A stretch of DNA of 64,000 bases from a virus: the IMG/VR virus record IMGVR_UViG_3300050501_000322; one strand, given 5' to 3'. Position numbers and translations under genes: made by a program. Within the stretch, counting starts at the first letter, position 1, and every line of letters begins with the position of its first letter. A model generated the notes under the pieces. That model was not told the DNA's origin and searched no databases. It was given only the letters and a program-made list of their open reading frames with translations. This document shows, in pieces, positions 62,219 through 64,000 of the stretch.

Positions 62219-62515
62219 TTATCGCGGACCGTCAAACTGGAAAAATCGGCGTCGCTTCTTCGGAGCCGGCAAACGCAGATACTCGTACCAGCCCGAGTAG
62301 TACCACCACGTCCAACCCTCGGGCATCGCGAATGCGCAGGACAAGCAGACGTGGAGCTCGACGTCGGCTTCCGGCGGTCTCACACGCCGCAGGTCGTCTT
62401 GCCGGTCGCAGAGCTCACAAATTCCGACGATACCACCGGATTGCTTGGCAAGACCTGAGAGCGGCGGCGGAGGCGGCCAGGGATTCCGAGGGCGCGGCAC
62501 GGGCTTCATCCCCAC
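62219..62515 (-). CDS. zinc-finger protein
   Basis: CELC...CLSC. Confidence 0.5.
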   Translation of the reverse strand: MGMKPVPRPRNPWPPPPPLSGLAKQSGGIVGICELCDRQDDLRRVRPPEADVELHVCLSCAFAMPEGWTWWYYSGWYEYLRLPAPKKRRRFFQFDGPR

Positions 62516-62853
62516 GAAACAGCCCTGGGAGGACCCCTGACCCGGTAACCGGCAGCGAGAGAGCAGGTTCGGCCGACGCGCTCGAACGAGGGCGTGGACC
62601 TCGTCGCTCGCACGGCGTGGAGCCAGCGCCGGATCAGACCCATTTCCCAGCGCGTGAAGCGCGCGAGCGCCGCGAGCAGCGTCAAAAGCCGCTTGATTTG
62701 CCGGGCCAGGTCGTAGGACAGGATCTTCCCCTCGAGCAGCTTCAGTCCGGCGGGCGGCTCGAAATTCGGCCCCCGCCGCGGGAGCCCGAAAATGGCCACC
62801 GGTAGCTCAAAATTCGGATTGGTTGTGAACGTGGGCGATGTCTGAAAATACAT
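62506..62853 (-). CDS. hypothetical protein
   Basis: 115-aa ORF within the minus-strand run. Confidence 0.4.
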   Translation of the reverse strand: MYFQTSPTFTTNPNFELPVAIFGLPRRGPNFEPPAGLKLLEGKILSYDLARQIKRLLTLLAALARFTRWEMGLIRRWLHAVRATRSTPSFERVGRTCSLAAGYRVRGPPRAVSWG

Positions 62854-63047
62854 CTTATCAAGTACTTTGCAGCGGTGGCTCCACCGGTGGTTACCCTATT
62901 CAGATGCTAGCTGTTCTCTTCGTCCTGCTCTTGGTCATTGTGTGCCTGATCATCATGGCGGCCCCGGCGAAAAACTGGCCGGTGCTGCTCATCTCCGGGC
63001 TCGCCTTCGTCATCACGGCGATTTTGGCGGTTCGATCGCTGACCTGA
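62838..63047 (+). CDS. small two-TM membrane protein
   Basis: Two hydrophobic helices; lone + strand gene in the block. Confidence 0.45.
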   Translation: MSENTSYQVLCSGGSTGGYPIQMLAVLFVLLLVIVCLIIMAAPAKNWPVLLISGLAFVITAILAVRSLT

Positions 63048-63219
63048 CTGAACACGTTCTCCTGTTGTGCCCGAGCTCGCCACATTCGCCGCACCGATAC
63101 ATGCCGCGGACGGCCCGGGGATTCCTGAGCCTTTCGAGCTGGTAGCGGATGGTGCGCCGGCTTACGCCTAGCTCGGCGGCAATTTCGCGCTGAAACGGCC
63201 TCCAGGTCCTCACCGCCAC
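63013..63219 (-). CDS. HTH plus CCHC zinc-knuckle protein
   Basis: REIAAELGVSRRTIRYQL; CGECGELGHNRRTC. Confidence 0.7.
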   Translation of the reverse strand: MAVRTWRPFQREIAAELGVSRRTIRYQLERLRNPRAVRGMYRCGECGELGHNRRTCSVRSAIEPPKSP

Positions 63220-63292
63220 ATGAGCGCGAGAAGCGCCAGGACCACGGCGCCGAACAGGAATCCGAGGACGAACACGCCGACGGCGCGCACGT

Positions 63293-63616
63293 TCACGCCC
63301 GCCTCCCCGGCGGCTTGAGCGGCCGGCTCTGGAGGCCCTTCTCCCAGGGGAGGACCACGGCAGCCGCCCGGGCGCGCTCAGCGCGCTGGCGCTGCTCTGG
63401 GAGGCCGGAAAACAGGTTCTCGGCCTTCTTAGCGTAGAGGTCCAGCCGCTCGGCCGCGATCAAGACCCACTCCATCTGCTTCGGCGTGAGTTTCCGGCCA
63501 CTTTCCAGCATGTCCGGGAAGGCCTCGAGCTCGCGCTCGGTGAGAAGCGGCGGATCGTGGTCCTTCAGGGCGACGAGCTCGCGGAGGAGCTCCAGGACTT
63601 CGACCTCCGATTTCAT
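63293..63616 (-). CDS. hypothetical protein
   Basis: 107-aa coupled ORF. Confidence 0.55.
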   Translation of the reverse strand: MKSEVEVLELLRELVALKDHDPPLLTERELEAFPDMLESGRKLTPKQMEWVLIAAERLDLYAKKAENLFSGLPEQRQRAERARAAAVVLPWEKGLQSRPLKPPGRRA

Positions 63617-63921
63617 TGGCCGTCGATATGCGGCAGGTCAGGACCGCTCCAGCGGTCGAGACACGCGATGAACATGGCGCCGATCAGGGACAAAACCCCA
63701 GCCATACAGCCAAATCCGAGGACCTGGAGCCAGTAGCCGTAGTGCGCCGCCGGCGGCGAGTGCAGGACGTAGAGCGCTCCGCCGACCCAAGTCCCCAGGC
63801 AAAGCGAGCAGGAAACGAGCTGCCGCCAGAGCGCCGGCCCGAAGGTCCTGAGCTTGGCGAAGATCGAGCCTTCGGTTACGACCAGCGTGATCGCCGCGGC
63901 CTGGAAAAGAAGCCAGATCAT
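63613..63921 (-). CDS. DUF1360-like membrane protein
   Basis: LVSCSLCLGTWVG with flanking TMs. Confidence 0.65.
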   Translation of the reverse strand: MIWLLFQAAAITLVVTEGSIFAKLRTFGPALWRQLVSCSLCLGTWVGGALYVLHSPPAAHYGYWLQVLGFGCMAGVLSLIGAMFIACLDRWSGPDLPHIDGQ

Positions 63922-64000
63922 CGACTGAGCCGGTCCTGCAGGTAACGGAGCAGGATCTCCGCCTGCTCGCGCGTCATCCGCACGCGTCCGGGATTGATTT

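Noticed and set aside
1-64000. tRNA, rRNA, DGR reverse transcriptase, terminase, portal or tail genes
   Set aside because: No cloverleaf, YxDD RT or corresponding motifs recognised by eye; a tRNAscan/HMM run is needed to exclude them formally

Overview
The whole 64 kb window looks like one virus or provirus genome of a high-GC bacterium. Lipoprotein style (TACG...VGEVEQAI, CAGCGG...DGG) suggests a Myxococcota/Polyangiales host, which is inference. No host housekeeping genes, tRNA, rRNA or canonical CRISPR array were seen. Layout: 1-20.6 kb (+) nucleotide metabolism and replication (ThyX, adenine MTase, AT-rich ori-like region, primase-helicase, PD-(D/E)XK nuclease, DEDDh exonuclease, SF2 helicase, PolA, RuvC-like). 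20.6-39.9 kb (+) a morphogenesis module with no terminase, portal, HK97 capsid or tail genes, but with an Arg-rich 'RxNP' protein, a beta-rich capsid candidate, an intein-split transglutaminase-like cysteine protease, its inactive paralog, and many small tail-anchored membrane proteins. 39.9-48.0 kb (+) a glycan synthesis cassette. 48.8-58.9 kb (+) membrane, spike and lysis genes. 58.9-64 kb mostly (-) accessory genes and a tyrosine recombinase. The standout is a solitary Cas7-like RAMP gene (3777-4457) followed immediately by a 617-bp non-CRISPR array of NNN-CC pentamers punctuated by about 22 (G/A)CGAC delimiters, a candidate RNA-guided system with a gapped code. Also notable are an N-terminal M-x-L-x-W-L-G-Q tag on at least 15 genes and an intein with an atypical Ser-Gln end whose +1 Cys is the protease nucleophile. 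All family calls come from motif recognition by eye; no searches were run.
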